A DNA stretch of 64,000 bases from Entomortierella parvispora E1425. Its lineage: Eukaryota > Fungi > Mortierellomycota. The notes beneath the pieces were generated by a model. The model saw nothing but the letters and a program-made list of their open reading frames with translations, searched no databases and was not told the origin of the DNA. Each line of letters starts with the position of its first letter. Positions within the stretch are counted from its first letter, which is position 1. Position numbers and translations under genes: made by a program. The stretch is from positions 558,001 to 622,000 of the forward strand of contig BQFW01000005.1 in assembly GCA_020891255.1 (NCBI GenBank), in the 5' to 3' direction. This document shows, piece after piece, positions 11,463 to 24,215 of this stretch.

Positions 11463-13327
11463 TCTCTCAAGTCCAGGCGAAGGCCCAGATCTCTTTGAGA
11501 CTGACCAGAACTTTAGAGAGAGACGCAGCCCAGATCCAACATGGAACCCGCATGGCTATCCCAACAAACAAAAGCAGCGGGCATCCTTCCCATTGCAGCC
11601 TCAGCAGGCGTCCATTGTTATCGCTTTTCCTTCTTTGTTTGTGTTTTCTTTCTTTCTTTTTTTTTTTTGTGCGTTGACCGAGCAGGGTCTGGGAGCATGT
11701 TTAAACATTCGTTTTCTATTGACACAGCTCGCGCGCACAGCTGTCGATCCCCCTCGAGGCTGAACTCTGCAGCGGGCAGGATTCGGCGAGGGTTCATCTG
11801 CACTAAACAACACCCAGAGATTTCGCTTGCGTTGGAGTTGTACCCCCCATAAAACCTGATCCGCGAACATGAGCGGTTATCTATTGAAGCAAGTTTACAT
11901 TCTCGGTTGTTCCAGCGGCGGGTATCTTTTGCTCGTACACCACAGCTCCATATTTTCCACCAGTGAGATCCTTGATTGCCATGTGGGTTGTCTCGTAAAT
12001 GAACCCCAAAAACCCCATTCTTTGTCATCAATCATCCAATCAGCCAAACGCAATTTTGTCCTTATATTCTGTGCTGCTGCCGATTGTTGCACCATAGATC
12101 TGTGGCCTATAGGATCGCCTTGTGTGCATCGTCGGCCGTCAGGCAGTCTCTCCTCTTGAAACATCCTTCTCGCCCCAGTGCCTAGCCTTCTCTACCGCCT
12201 ACCGTCTGTTCCGACGCGCAATCTGCTCAGTCCGTACTCACAGCAGAACATATAGGCAGGATTTTCTTCTTTTTTTTTCGTTTGTTTAACGTACTCTTTT
12301 GCGAGGAATGTCCCAATAAAACCTTTCAACGGATATTTGAATGGAAGAGCTACAAATCCTTTTCCCACTCCGGCCATGTCTAGCCTTATGAGTTTCGTGA
12401 GGGAACATTTATACGACAGGATAATGGCCTTTTGTAATACTTCAAGATCCTGTAAAGGCATTACTGAACTAGGCGAAGGATGGACGCGCTCCGATCCAGT
12501 ATCTACGAAAATGTCCTCTTTTGGAGACCTGGGCCCTACCTCTAGTTTTCCCTGATACGTCAAGACTGCGATAATGAATTGAGACAAAGTTAGGGTCCCA
12601 GGTACCAAAGGCTAAATAGGATTCTTCTTTCGGGGAGTAATCCGACAGAGCAGATGCCTTGTTTTTTTATATTTTATTCCGAAGCGTCCATAGAACAATG
12701 ACGGGGTGTAGTCGAAACAACCTCGAGGGTCTCATACCCTCATATCGAGAAAATTCAATTTTTCTTTTTTTCTTTCAGGGACGTTTCCTTCTCTCACTTC
12801 TGCAGATCATCAGCAATCCCACTTTTTTGCTGCACATGTCAAAGTGTGTCAAGCAAAACGGCAAAAACGTCAAAAAAAAGGAAGAATCCTCCACAGACGT
12901 CTTCTAAACTATGTTCGTGATCGACCAGAGGTTGTTTGCTAACTAACCTCACTCTTGTCATCATACACCTTTCTACAAAGTTAGGACAGTGTTGATAGAC
13001 ACGAAACATCAGTGTCCAAGACATAGGATAGGGTTGCCCGATGTCATTTCGTAAGAGTCTCTCCAGTGCCGCAGGAACAACTCTCAAAGATGGGTGCAGC
13101 ACCATTAGGCTCCCCAAAATGAAAGTCCCGGACCGGAGCAAGTCTTTCAATCGGAATAGATGACCAGGTTCCCATCCTCCGGATCTTCAAGAGAACCGGT
13201 CTCGAGTAAAGCTCAGTTGGAAGCTCAGTCGGTTTTCAAATGCTATATAGGTTCAATATGTTGATTTTTTTTTCCTTCTGAGGAGCTTTGAGATATTTGG
13301 GTTTATTCAAGGACTCAAAAACAGAAT

Positions 13328-14906
13328 TTAACGGGAGGTGTTGGCAATGGCAACCTTAGCACCCTTGGCACCCTGCTTGGAGAACTTGTTCTGGCCGTGG
13401 GCAGCAGCGGTGGCGCTCTAAATGAAAGTAAAAAATAACAAGAGTCAATATAGTTTTCATTTATCACTACACAATGTCCTTGAACACAGACGTCCTGAAT
13501 TACGCACCTTGGCCTTGGAAGCCTTCTTCTTGGCATCCTCCTGCTTCTTCTTATCCTTGCCATCGCGGAGAGCGGCGGCGCGGGCAGCAGCACGAACCTC
13601 GGGCTTCTGGTTGCGCTTGGCGCGGATAGCCTCCCAGGAAGCACCGACGACAGCACGCTGGTGCTTGACAGTGCGGCGGGTGCGCTTCTTGGCAACCTCC
13701 TCAGAGATACCCTTCTTGTGCATGCGACGGAAGAGAACGGTCCAGGAGATCTTACGGGGGTTCTTGCGCTGCAAGAAGAGGGACTCGGCCTTACCGTTGA
13801 CGAAACGGAAGGACTATTGCCATAGTGGGAGAGAGTAAAAACACAACGATGAGTCTCCATTGATCGTTTTGACTACAATGTCCTTTTTGTCCTGATCTGC
13901 TGCTGTGTTAAATCCAAATGTAGACCGTCGAGCCCTAGGTATTCCCAACGACAACATTTTCTGGGTGCAATTCAGCGGCGTCGCATGTGTATATAATATA
14001 GCCATTGACTCTGCAGTATCCTCGGTTCGTCTTCAGGCACAAGTAATCAAAGAGAACGATAGTCGCATTCATTGCCAGGAAGACAAGAACGTTCTCCTAT
14101 AGATTATTGTTCCTGTTCGGCGGGTTACTCCAACTCGATGACGAGGCTATCGATCATTCTTCCTGAAGAAAACAGGCTCCCAAGTACATACTCTGTTGTC
14201 GACGCGAACGTAGATCTTGCCCTTGCCGGGGTAGATCTTGGCTCCAGAGAAGGCGCAAATCTCGATCCTGTTGGATGGAAAGAAATGGAGAGGAGTACAG
14301 AGGTCAGAAATGCATGTTCTCTTTGTAACTGACTGATGAAGGGGTAACAAAGGGTTGCAGAGAAAATCCTGATGTCTGGTTTTGACTATGGTTGCAATCG
14401 ACTCATTCCAATCCATCTTTGCCGTGAACGTCTCCATGTATATAATCTATAATGATGCTATCGCAGTTCTGGGAGTCGACGGGATGTCGACGAGCAGTAA
14501 TGTCCGTTGGATCGTCATTTCCTGAAAGAGTTGTCTGACTGAACATGCACATTGAGGAATCAGAGGTTTCCCACACAAAAAAGTAGGTCGTCTCTGTCCA
14601 TAATGAATGGTTCCGGTTGATGATGACTCCTCCCGCAATTCCAACCTCCCATCGGGAGTAATGAGAAGGGGGTGATAAGTTGAATCAGCGGTTTCCTCAA
14701 ATTCACTGAAGTCACTCCTGGTTTCTGGGTGCATGCAAGAGATTGCGTGCATGAGAGGGATGAGTATAGTTTCAAGGTCCAAAATGTCGCGTGGTGAGGT
14801 CGATGATGGGTTCCGGGGGTTTGGCGAGTGCAATGGTCCAGCGATGTCCCGATGATGGCGATGGATGGATCAGGCTGCAAAGGTCTGCAATGGATACGCA
14901 CTTCAT
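13328..14906 (-). CDS. RPL24: 60S ribosomal protein L24 (eL24), 158 aa. Exons 14902-14906, 14192-14267, 13508-13813, 13328-13417
   Basis: MK|[25 protein letters not shown]|[35 protein letters not shown]. The exons sum to 477 nt and all introns are GT-AG. Confidence 0.97.
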
Positions 14907-14994
14907 CTTGATAAGGGTTGGTTTGAGTTGAAGAAAAAAGGCCGTTCAATTGAGCGGAGACACCCGTCCAAAGTAGGCCCGCAAAATGAAATTT

Positions 14995-15002
14995 TGTGAC
15001 TG
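14995..15002 (-). promoter_or_regulatory. Homol-D box (CAGTCACA) in the RPL24 promoter
   Basis: Exact CAGTCACA on the gene strand about 90 bp upstream of the ATG. It is the established ribosomal-protein promoter element of S. pombe and other fungi. Confidence 0.75.
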
Positions 15003-15919
15003 ACAGTTCGCTGATCTCCTCTGTGTCCGTGCCTGCTTGTCTGCTTGCCGCTTGTGCTTAGCTGCATGTCTATCTGCCACCATCCCACTCTCCACGGTGG
15101 ATGGTTGTCCCCTCTTGCAGAGAGGACGCATGGTTCAGCTGAGCAGAAGCCATCTCCTGGTGCATACGATGCTGTTTGAATCGACAGCAAGGAATAGGCG
15201 GAAGAGTCGAGTGGAGATCAGTGGACCCAATACTCGCATCACCTGGAAGATATCGCACGGGTCCAGCGACATCGAAGCACGTTGGCAGGACTCTTGGACC
15301 CAGAGCCGATCGAAAGCAATTGAATAGGCAGCATGGATCTCATTTATCCACCTGCACAGTTGCTTCTGTCTAGCGTGGTTGCAGCAAAAGAGGGAAACAG
15401 GGAGAGCGCAGCGCCTCCAGGTTGTGAGTCTGTGTGCCCTTGTGCTCGGCCAGAGAGTGGCCAGCGAGCAGGGAGCGAGTAGGAAGGTGGAGAGAGAGCA
15501 CTGCATGTGATGCGTCCGACTCCTCTCGCGCCTCCATCTCACCCTTCCCCCGACTGCATCGCCTCCTTTCATCTCCCACACGCAGACAGACAAGCACGGT
15601 GAGTCACCCAACCTGCCCACCCACCAACAGACCAGTCTACCGCAGCCAAGGAGTCAAGGGCACGGAAAAAGATCAAAAGCGAAAGAATACGCGCCAGGCC
15701 GCTTTTTCTTTTTTATCTCTTTGTTTGCATTCATTCCAATCTTGCAACAGCATTACAGGCGAACGACATTCTCTCGCTGTCCAATCCAATCTAATGAGCA
15801 TCCGAACCAACCGCATCCTCCTCCAGACCCACCACGACGCACACACGACGCCCCTACTACTACCTCACACAATCCGGACCCCGCCTCACGCCAACGACAG
15901 CTAGGATCCTGCCCGCACC

Positions 15920-18900
15920 ATGGCTGCGTTCCAAGTCCCCTCCAGCCCCACTGAGTTGTCGCCTTGGATCAACCACCACGGGTCGCTGCCTCCAGAGGTC
16001 GATATCGAGGGCAACATCGAGTACAAGGTAAGAGACTGACGCTCCGTTCTCATAGCATGCATAGCTCAAAGTTCAGTGTCCGAACTCGTCCTCTGCAGGA
16101 ACAGCCCCTGAAATGATGATGAAAGCACAAGCTGATCCCTTTTTTACACTCTCAAACCAGCTCAAGCTGATAGCCACTGCGCCCGATCGATTCGAGCACT
16201 TGGTCACCCAACTCAAGTGGAGGCAGGTTTTCTGAGAGGAAAGAAGGCTGAAGAAAACAAGATCTGAAGACTGATTGTGGCTCTTCTTACTTTCCTCATA
16301 GATTGTCTGAAGGACAAGGAAGTGCCATCTATGAGATTGGAGTTGCCGACGATGGATCATTTGTTGGACTCTCACCAGAAGACATGGAAATCTCCCTACA
16401 GACGTTGCACCGGATGGCAGACTTTTTAAAGGCGGACGTAACCATCTTGCGCCGTGTCTCTGTGGAATCAACCAGGCATGTGGACGAGCATGGAAACTCA
16501 ACCGTAGCTCAGACAGACTTCCAACGACGCCTCTCAACCAACAGCGGATCGCCTAGAACCGACCCAGAGTTCTTGGTCGTTGAGGCCAAGGTGACCTCCC
16601 GTCTTGCAGAGGAACACCACTTTTTGGAAATCAGGGTAGCTCTCGTTGGAGGACCGGATGCTGGAAAGTCGACGCTTCTAGGTCGATTGGCGCACGGAAT
16701 TGCAGATAACGGACGGGGAAAAGCTCGTAAGGCACACTTCAATTTGTTTGATGGACTGACTCCAATGAACTCTGCCTCATGAAAAGTGGCTTTCTTATGA
16801 CCTTCAAGCCATGACCATAAATACTCATATTTTTTTTCATATCTCAACAGGACTGAATTTGCTCCGACATCGACACGAGATCAGCTCTGGAAGAACTTCC
16901 TCTATTTCCCATGAGATTATGGGCTTTACGGCCAAGGGGGAGACTGTCAACTATAGCACGACCAACATCTCCAGCTGGCAGGAAGTTTGCGAGTCTTCTG
17001 CCAAAGTTGTCACTCTGCTGGATACCTGTGGACATCCTCGATTTCTCAAAACTACAATCTCTGGACTCACTGGACATTCGCCCGACTATGCATGTCTGGT
17101 GGTAGACTCTCGCGTTGGTGGAGTCAGTGAAATGACAAAGGAGCATCTCGGCCTTGCTGCCGCTCTAGGATTACCTACGTTTGTAGTGGTGACGAAAATG
17201 GATGTGGCGACCCGAGACCAACTGCGAGCAACTGTCACTGCCTTAATGTCTTTAATCCGAACCACTGGCCCTTCTTGCTTGCCCACTGTCAGTGGAGAAG
17301 TAGGGTCATCCCAACCCTCATCCCTCAACCCAAAACAAAGCGCGGGTGCTTCTTCTACTGCAAGCTTGTCATCGGAATCGGGAACAGCAGCAGGTCAGGG
17401 ACTACCCCGGTTCTTGCCCATCATTGTCCACCATGAGAAGGACATGGCGGCAGTAGTGAAACGATTTTCAGACACAAACATGATGGAGGAGACGAAAACG
17501 GTGGCTATCCCGATCCTGTTGCTCTCCAGCGTCACTGGCGAGAACGTGAATCTGTTGGAGAAACTCTTGTTCTTGCTGCCAAAACCCAGCTTGGATCAAC
17601 CGAGCGGAGGCGATCTCTATTCTCAGGATGCAGCCTGCTATCAGATCGAAGAGATTTATAATATTCCAGGTGAGGGGTTCTCTCTTATTTCTTTGGGTTG
17701 TTCTGGAGGGACCAAGCAGCTTGCATATTAACCACCCATTTTGACTTTGCTACGACTTGTGGGCAGATATTGGAACGGTTGTAGGAGGATTCCTGCACAC
17801 AGGACGGATCGAAGTTCACAAACCTCATAATTACCCCTTGGAAGAAAACGGCGACCTGAGAATATCCTCTTCATCTACCTCCATTGTTGACCACCGGGAC
17901 TCTGAAGACTCTGTGCCACAAAAGCCCAACAACATGCGACTTTATCTCGGACCTGTTGATCGCGATGGCGGTTTCATTCCTGTGGTTGTGAAATCGATCC
18001 ATCGTCAACGCATGTCTATGCGGTCTATCGAGTCGGGACAAACTGCGACCTTGGCGATCGAGGGTCCTGGATTGGGATTGGTCAAAGTCCGACGGGGGAT
18101 GGTGGTCCTGGAAAGTGATATGGATCCCAAAGGCACCTGCTGTAGGAAATTTGAGGCTGTTATCCAAGTTCTCGCCTATGATGGCAAATTTGGTGTGGGC
18201 TTCCAAGGAATGATTCATTGTGGGTCCGTCCATCAAAACGCTCGCGTGATCAAGATTGAGTTGTTGCCGAGTCTTGGCCAGGAAGACGAAGATACCGCTG
18301 CCACCTTGGACGATTCAGCTACCGTTTCAGGGGTAGAGAGTCGATCCAACCTTGGTTCTGGCATGGATCTTCATCACCAACACTTGCAACAGTCTATTCG
18401 ACCAAGCAGCAGGAATAGCGGTCGGGATAGCAGTCTCAGCATTCGATCAAGTTCGCCCAGCTCGGATTATGGATCGGGCACGGGATCCTCTGTCCCTGGA
18501 TCTGTTGCCATTTCCAGGTCGAGTTCCTTCCGACATGAGGGGGATGAGAGCAGAGTGTTTGAACCCTCAAGTAGTCATGGTGCCACCACTTTGATGACAG
18601 GAGCGAGCAGGGAGGGACATTTGAATACTTTGACCACCTCTGCATCGGACGATCAGCCCTCAGATCAACTCAAGAAGAGTCGGCGGCGGCGGGTGGATCA
18701 AGAGAGTCCATTGCAAGGCATGGTTCCCATTAGCACCATGCGAACTTTCCGCAGAATGTCAATTCGACGTAACAATCAATCAGACAGTCGCCAGGATGAA
18801 CAAAGCTCTACAGATAACACCCCAGTTTCTACGACTCTCAATCAAGGGGCATTGGATCAGGAAGAGAGCGCGCCTGATCAGGACGACGACGATGAAGCAG

Positions 18901-19043
18901 AGGCGGTGGAACTGGAGGCAGGAAGTCGCGCTCGAGTTGTGTTCAGATTTTGTCATGATGTCGCCTTCATGAGAGAGGGCACCACGGTGTTATTTAGACA
19001 TGGCCGCACCAAATGTGTGGGCAAAGTTTTGCGAATGTTGTAA
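15920..19043 (+). CDS. GTPBP2: GTP-binding protein 2 (GTPBP1/2 translational GTPase). Exons 15920-16027, 16161-16222, 16302-16726, 16851-17669, 17767-19043
   Basis: LPPEVDIEGNIEYK|LKL...RFEHLVTQLKWR|LSEGQGSAIYEIGVADDG; G1 VGGPDAGKSTLLG; RHRHEISSGRTSSIS; DTCGHPRFLKTT; VTKMD; SSVTGE; C-terminal FCHDVAFMREGTTVLFRHGRTKCVGKV. Confidence 0.93.
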
Positions 19044-22000
19044 TTTCGACCATCAAAAGCTATGATGAGTTTGTCTCGCCTTCCTGCTAGATGGCAGTAT
19101 AAGTAATAAAAAGAGAAAGAGGTTCATTTCTGCGGTCCCTTTGTTCATCCACCAGCTATCTTGAGATGCCCATATAAATGCCCCTGCACTCGGTCTTAAT
19201 CTTCAATCAGAAAGCTGAGATGAAAAATAATCAAAGGTTCGCACCACGAAGAAGATCTCTGGGTGGTTCCCCGAAGTAACTCTATTGCGGTTTAGCAGCA
19301 GGGGGTTGTCTCGGAAGAGGTTCCGAGAGGGATTTTCTGTGATCGGTGAGAATGCAGAGATATATTAGGTATCGCTCGCGTTCCACGGGCAACTGGACAG
19401 ACAGATACCCTTTTTTTATTTCGATCCCAGAGAGAAAAAAATGGAGTTTGATCTCTTCTTAACGACGCCCTCGTGTTAATCCCTCGGGCTCGTAGCCTTG
19501 AAAAAGACAAACGGCGACGATGGTAATCAAAGAGTCGGCTGCTCCCACAGGGAAGCAATTGCGCCTCCGCTCGATCTGGGAAACGCCAGTTCTCACCGTG
19601 CCTGTGACCTTTCTCTTGCGGTGGAGGCAAAGTGGCCGAACTATGAAGGAAATGTCATTTTTCAAGAGAGCAAAACGAGAAAAACCAAACGGCCTTTTCC
19701 CAGCATATGTATGTGAAAATGTATGTGAGTCGACTGTCCATGAGCTCAGCGGGAAAGAGCAAAGGGTGGGTGACAGGATTCATCCCCGTATGCATGGCTC
19801 TTCTGGCTCAATAAGACAAAAAAAAGTAGAAGGCTGAGGTCCCTGCTGGAGATAAAAATGGGATAACGCCCTCCTTCAGCCCTGTCTATTAAAAATGGAG
19901 GAGGGCTAACTGGCGCGTTGCCATATTTGCTATGGGCTGAGCTGTGGGTCGAACTGCGGTTTGATTGACATATTTGGTTGGGCATGCACCATCAGTCTCG
20001 GTGCGAGGGGGCGGAAGTACTGCGCAGACAACGCGTCGATGGTCAGTGCAAATTCAGCCATTGACATTTGTCCAAAATTGAATTGTATGAAGCACCACTA
20101 CGAAGTTCTATCGAAAGAGGGGAGAGGCGTCTGGTTTGACAGCGTGTGCGTTTTCAGACGCTTGTCTTTTTGTGCGACGCTGGATTTTTAGGTAAACGGA
20201 TAGGTGTTTTCAGGCCGTGACAGAGCAGGACAGCCCCTGGGAGTGAGGAGGAGCCGTGTTCATAAGAGTGACATAACCGAGATTTCTATGCAGCGCTGCT
20301 TCGTGTCGATCCCCCGATGTCGGTAGATCATCGAGATCAGCCCTTGTGATATGTAAAGGAGATTCTGTAAGATTGCATTGCACAACTGTATCTCCAGTGA
20401 GACAAAAAAACGAGGCTTCTCACCGCCCTGGTGTGTTTGATGATGGAAAGAAGGGGTTGGAAGAAAGCACGAGACTCTGCATCTGGCGGGCGTGCGTTTG
20501 CCGTGAGATAAAAATATGAACAAGCCCTCCCTCGGCGCATGCAAGAAAAGTAAAAAAAAAAGGTGATCGAGACCACCAAACAAAAGTCATTCGGTCAGTG
20601 ACCTTCCACAAGGCACTTCCGTGCCTTCTGTGCTTCACTCGTGCGAACCAACAACAGGTCTCAAAAGCCTCCAGCAGGGTTCTTCTCCGTTATCTTGGAC
20701 CTGAGCCATTTTCTTTAGACTGCACACGAGCATGGAAAAGTGCAGGACGAACACAAAAAAAATTGACTTTGGCTCTTGAGCACACTACTTCCCGGGCCAA
20801 TGATGTGCTTACACACAAAAAAGTAAAGACCGGGCAATCGTGAATAGATTACCAAGTCCTTTCAAAAATCAAAAGGAAGGAATCCAAGGAAAAGTGAGAA
20901 AGAAAAAAAAAATAAGAATAATGTCAAGCAAATGAGATGAATCGAGGCCGCGCCCCAACTTTGTGTTACCATCATCCAATGGACGACATTTGGCCGTTCT
21001 GCCTGGGTGATAATGGAAACGTTAATTTCCTCGGATTGAATCCCGGCGAAGACCATTGTCCTGTTTGCATTTGCAGAGGTTGGGGCCTGAAAGGTGTTAT
21101 TACTTTGTTTCTCTCCTTACTCTATTCTTGAAGTACCTTCGCCGAGCTCAAGGACAGACAGAGTTTATCAACCACAGGCGACGAGGACAGCGAATCTCAG
21201 ACCCCCATTTCAGTCCCTCTTTTTTTTTTTTTGTTTTCTGTTTGGCGAATGTGTGTTGATCTCGGCCTTTGGTCCGAGGAAAAAGACGATTGGATGCTTT
21301 CTCTTTCTAGGGTGGCGTCATCTTGGAAATGGAACAAAGACGCTGGTTCTTGAACTTGTCCTGTCATTGACAGTTGTCTAGAATACGCCCGTCGAGCATC
21401 AGGCCGAGAGATGGAACAGCCATTGGCGCAGGACAGTGGATCAGCTTCTTGCGGACGATTGTTGTCGTTTTCGTCCTTGGACGGAGCTCTTGAGGCAACT
21501 GTTTGTTGATTGTTGTTGCGGTGATTTTTGTTTTGTGGACCTCAGTCTAGCGAGCTGCATGCGAAGGCTATTCCCTCCATTCTTTTCTTTCTTTTTTTGT
21601 CATGGCCATTATCCGGGCAAACCCCTTGATCAATTGCGCCAGGGATCCGAATTGTAAGTGCGTCTTTTTTTGCCCTTTTTGAGTTTTTGCATTCAATTTG
21701 ATGAAATTGAGAGTGTACTCTTTGACCGCGTCGCACAAACAATCAAATAAACAAGACAAGCCAGGTATCCCCACGCCCACGGCTTTCTCACAATGGAACC
21801 GTCCGTGAGTGTTTGTTGTGCAACATTTATTTTCTCACGTCTCCCATTGTGGATGAGTGTTTTGAAAGCAGGTTGCAGAGAGTATCTAAACCAAGTGATC
21901 CCGTTGTTTTTTCCCTGCAAGCATCGTGTTACTTAGGAAATTTTCTCCCACCGAACCCACGGTCTTTTCTGCTCCTGGAAGAGATGAAAAGGATGCGGAA

Positions 22001-23960
22001 CCACATATGTAGAACCTCAGCCCAAAGGGAAGATCCTTAGTGTATCGCGGATATGAACCCATGACTTTTTTCATTGTTGTTCGCCCTCGAATTAAAATAA
22101 GATCTGGCCCACCTTCGTCAAAGAAGATACACACACACGCACAAAAAAAAAAAAAAAAACACAAAAAAGTATGTGTACGAATCTTCGAAAATGAAAAGAA
22201 AAAAGACTCAGAGTTGATGTGCTCCTCTGCTTGCCCCACTCTTTTGAAAAAAAAAAAACTCTCCTTGCCAACGGAGAATTCATGGACAAACGGGACCACC
22301 ATTGATCGGCACACTCGTACACGAGTCTCGCTTTCCAATTTTTCTATTTTTTTTTGTTTTGCGCCTGCTGTCTTGAGTCGTCAACAATGGGGATCCTCTT
22401 TTTGAACGGCTCAGAAGACTTGATGTTACTGCCCTTGCCCAAACCTTCTATTCGTGAGATGGGAGAATGACAAGGTTGCAGGGCACAGTGGGATCAGCTC
22501 AAGTAGTTTGGCTATGTGAGCCAAGAGAGTCCAACAAGTGTGTCCAAAAAGTAAATAGATAAACCAAACAAACTCAAGAACGACTTCAGGACCCAGGTAG
22601 GAAGAGAAGAGAAAAAAAATCTCCTTCAAAGTTGAACGTTAACGCACATGAAGGAACTCTTTCTTTTTTTTTTTTGAATTTATTTTCCGTGGGATCGTAG
22701 TGAGCGTTTTCCAAGAGAAAACAAAACAGTTCACGGCTGAAGCAAAAGCAAACCCAGGTTTAGGAGTGCGGAGGAGTTGACGGGACTTCTCTCATCACCC
22801 TCGGAATAATCTTTGCAAATCTCAAACCAGTGCCCATGTAGAAAGGGCCTGTTTCATTGCTTCCCTGGCCCACCAGAGTTCTTTGTCAGAGGCGGAATAG
22901 ATAGTGGTTCTCGTGGTTCTCTTTGACCTTGTTCAGACAGATGTGTGAGCATGAAACGGGTCGTAAGAGTATTGCTGCCGGAGTGATGTTGAAGAACGAG
23001 AATGTAGCGCTGCCTGTAGATCGATGTGAGATGTGCAAGGTCAAAGTCTCGAGCAAATAAAAGAAACTCCAAGACCTGTTGACCAACTGGATGATTTGCC
23101 GAGACCAATGCAGCCAGAGCATGACATGCTTCTAGACAGAACGGAGCTGGAACGCCAATGGTCGAAATCCGGGTTAGCTCAGGCTATCGTTGGTTGGCGT
23201 CTCTACTGCGCTCAGGGAGTTAAGTTCCCAAAAATCTTTCACCTCCAAGATCCTTTTTTTTTTTTGACAATGTTGGTTGGGACTGCCGGGGTACCAGCTT
23301 GTTTGTACCATGAACATAAAAAAACACGGTAATCCAACTATCCAGTGATCCACAAAGAGGAAACCCCAGGTTAAGTTCTTTTTTTCCACTACTGGTGATC
23401 GAGGGTGGGACTAGGCCCACGCCTTGAAATGAAAGTCTGGAACTTTTTTTTTTTTTTTTGAAATGAAAAACGACGAAAATGGGAATCACTGACTGGCCAG
23501 ATCCGCACTTCTGGGCTGAAGGTGGGTCGCCGTTGGGATCTCAATTCAGTGAAAGCAGACGCGTTGTTTACCAATGGGGACGAATGCGAGATAAAAAAAG
23601 TAATCGAACCCCGATCGTACTCTCGCTAAAGGTAACACAGTAAGACACAGTAAGCGTCCTTTGCCTTGAACGGCAGAGTCAAGGCCACACGACGGCTCTG
23701 CGCCTCAAAAGAGCGGTGTCAGAGTTCCTCATTGGGCGATATTCAGAAACTATGGCACATTCAAAGTGCAAACTGGGCCAGCTAATGAGAGCACAATGTC
23801 AACAAAAACAATAACAGGAAATGGCCCAAAAGGAGAACGGCCCAAAGGCACAGAGCTCTCGCACTCACAAAGTCATCCGTATTCTTCACGCGTATCACTT
23901 GGCATTCTATTCGCATGTTCGCAATAGAAGTAAGCTTGAGTTCAAGTGGGTCCCGCCAAC

Positions 23961-23971
23961 CCTTGGAGTCC
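23961..23971 (+). promoter_or_regulatory. CCTTGGAGTCC motif about 245 bp upstream of POT copy B
   Basis: Identical to the motif upstream of copy A and at the same distance from the ATG. TATAAGTA at 24028-24035. Confidence 0.5.
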
Positions 23972-24215
23972 AGGGGCAAACGCCTCTCTTCATGACATAT
24001 TGCTCGGGATGCTCACTCCCCAGTTTCTATAAGTACCGAGCCCCCTTTCCCTCATTTTCTATTTTCTTTTTGTTGTTGGTTCTTCAGTGCAAACTCCTTC
24101 CCCCCCCCCCCTCTCCATCGCTCATCGTCCTCGACCCTCGTGTCCTCTTTCCTCACCTCACCTCCTTTCCTTTTTTTTCTCTCTCACTTCACACTCTTCC
24201 CACCCGCTTGTTATA

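Noticed and set aside
13121-13134. GAAAGTCCCGGACC resembling the RNase MRP CR-I region
   Set aside because: No complementary CR-V/P4 partner was found downstream.
13210-13232. AGCTCAGTTGG / AGCTCAGTCGG tRNA D-arm-like pair (also a GGTTCGAGTC T-loop-like word near 400-412 on the minus strand)
   Set aside because: Neither site has a cloverleaf, acceptor stem or matching second box.
21257-21278. Similarity to the U2 snRNA 5' end
   Set aside because: The match stops after about 12 nt with no branch-pairing GTGTAGTA; it is better explained as a CGG-N8-CCG palindrome.
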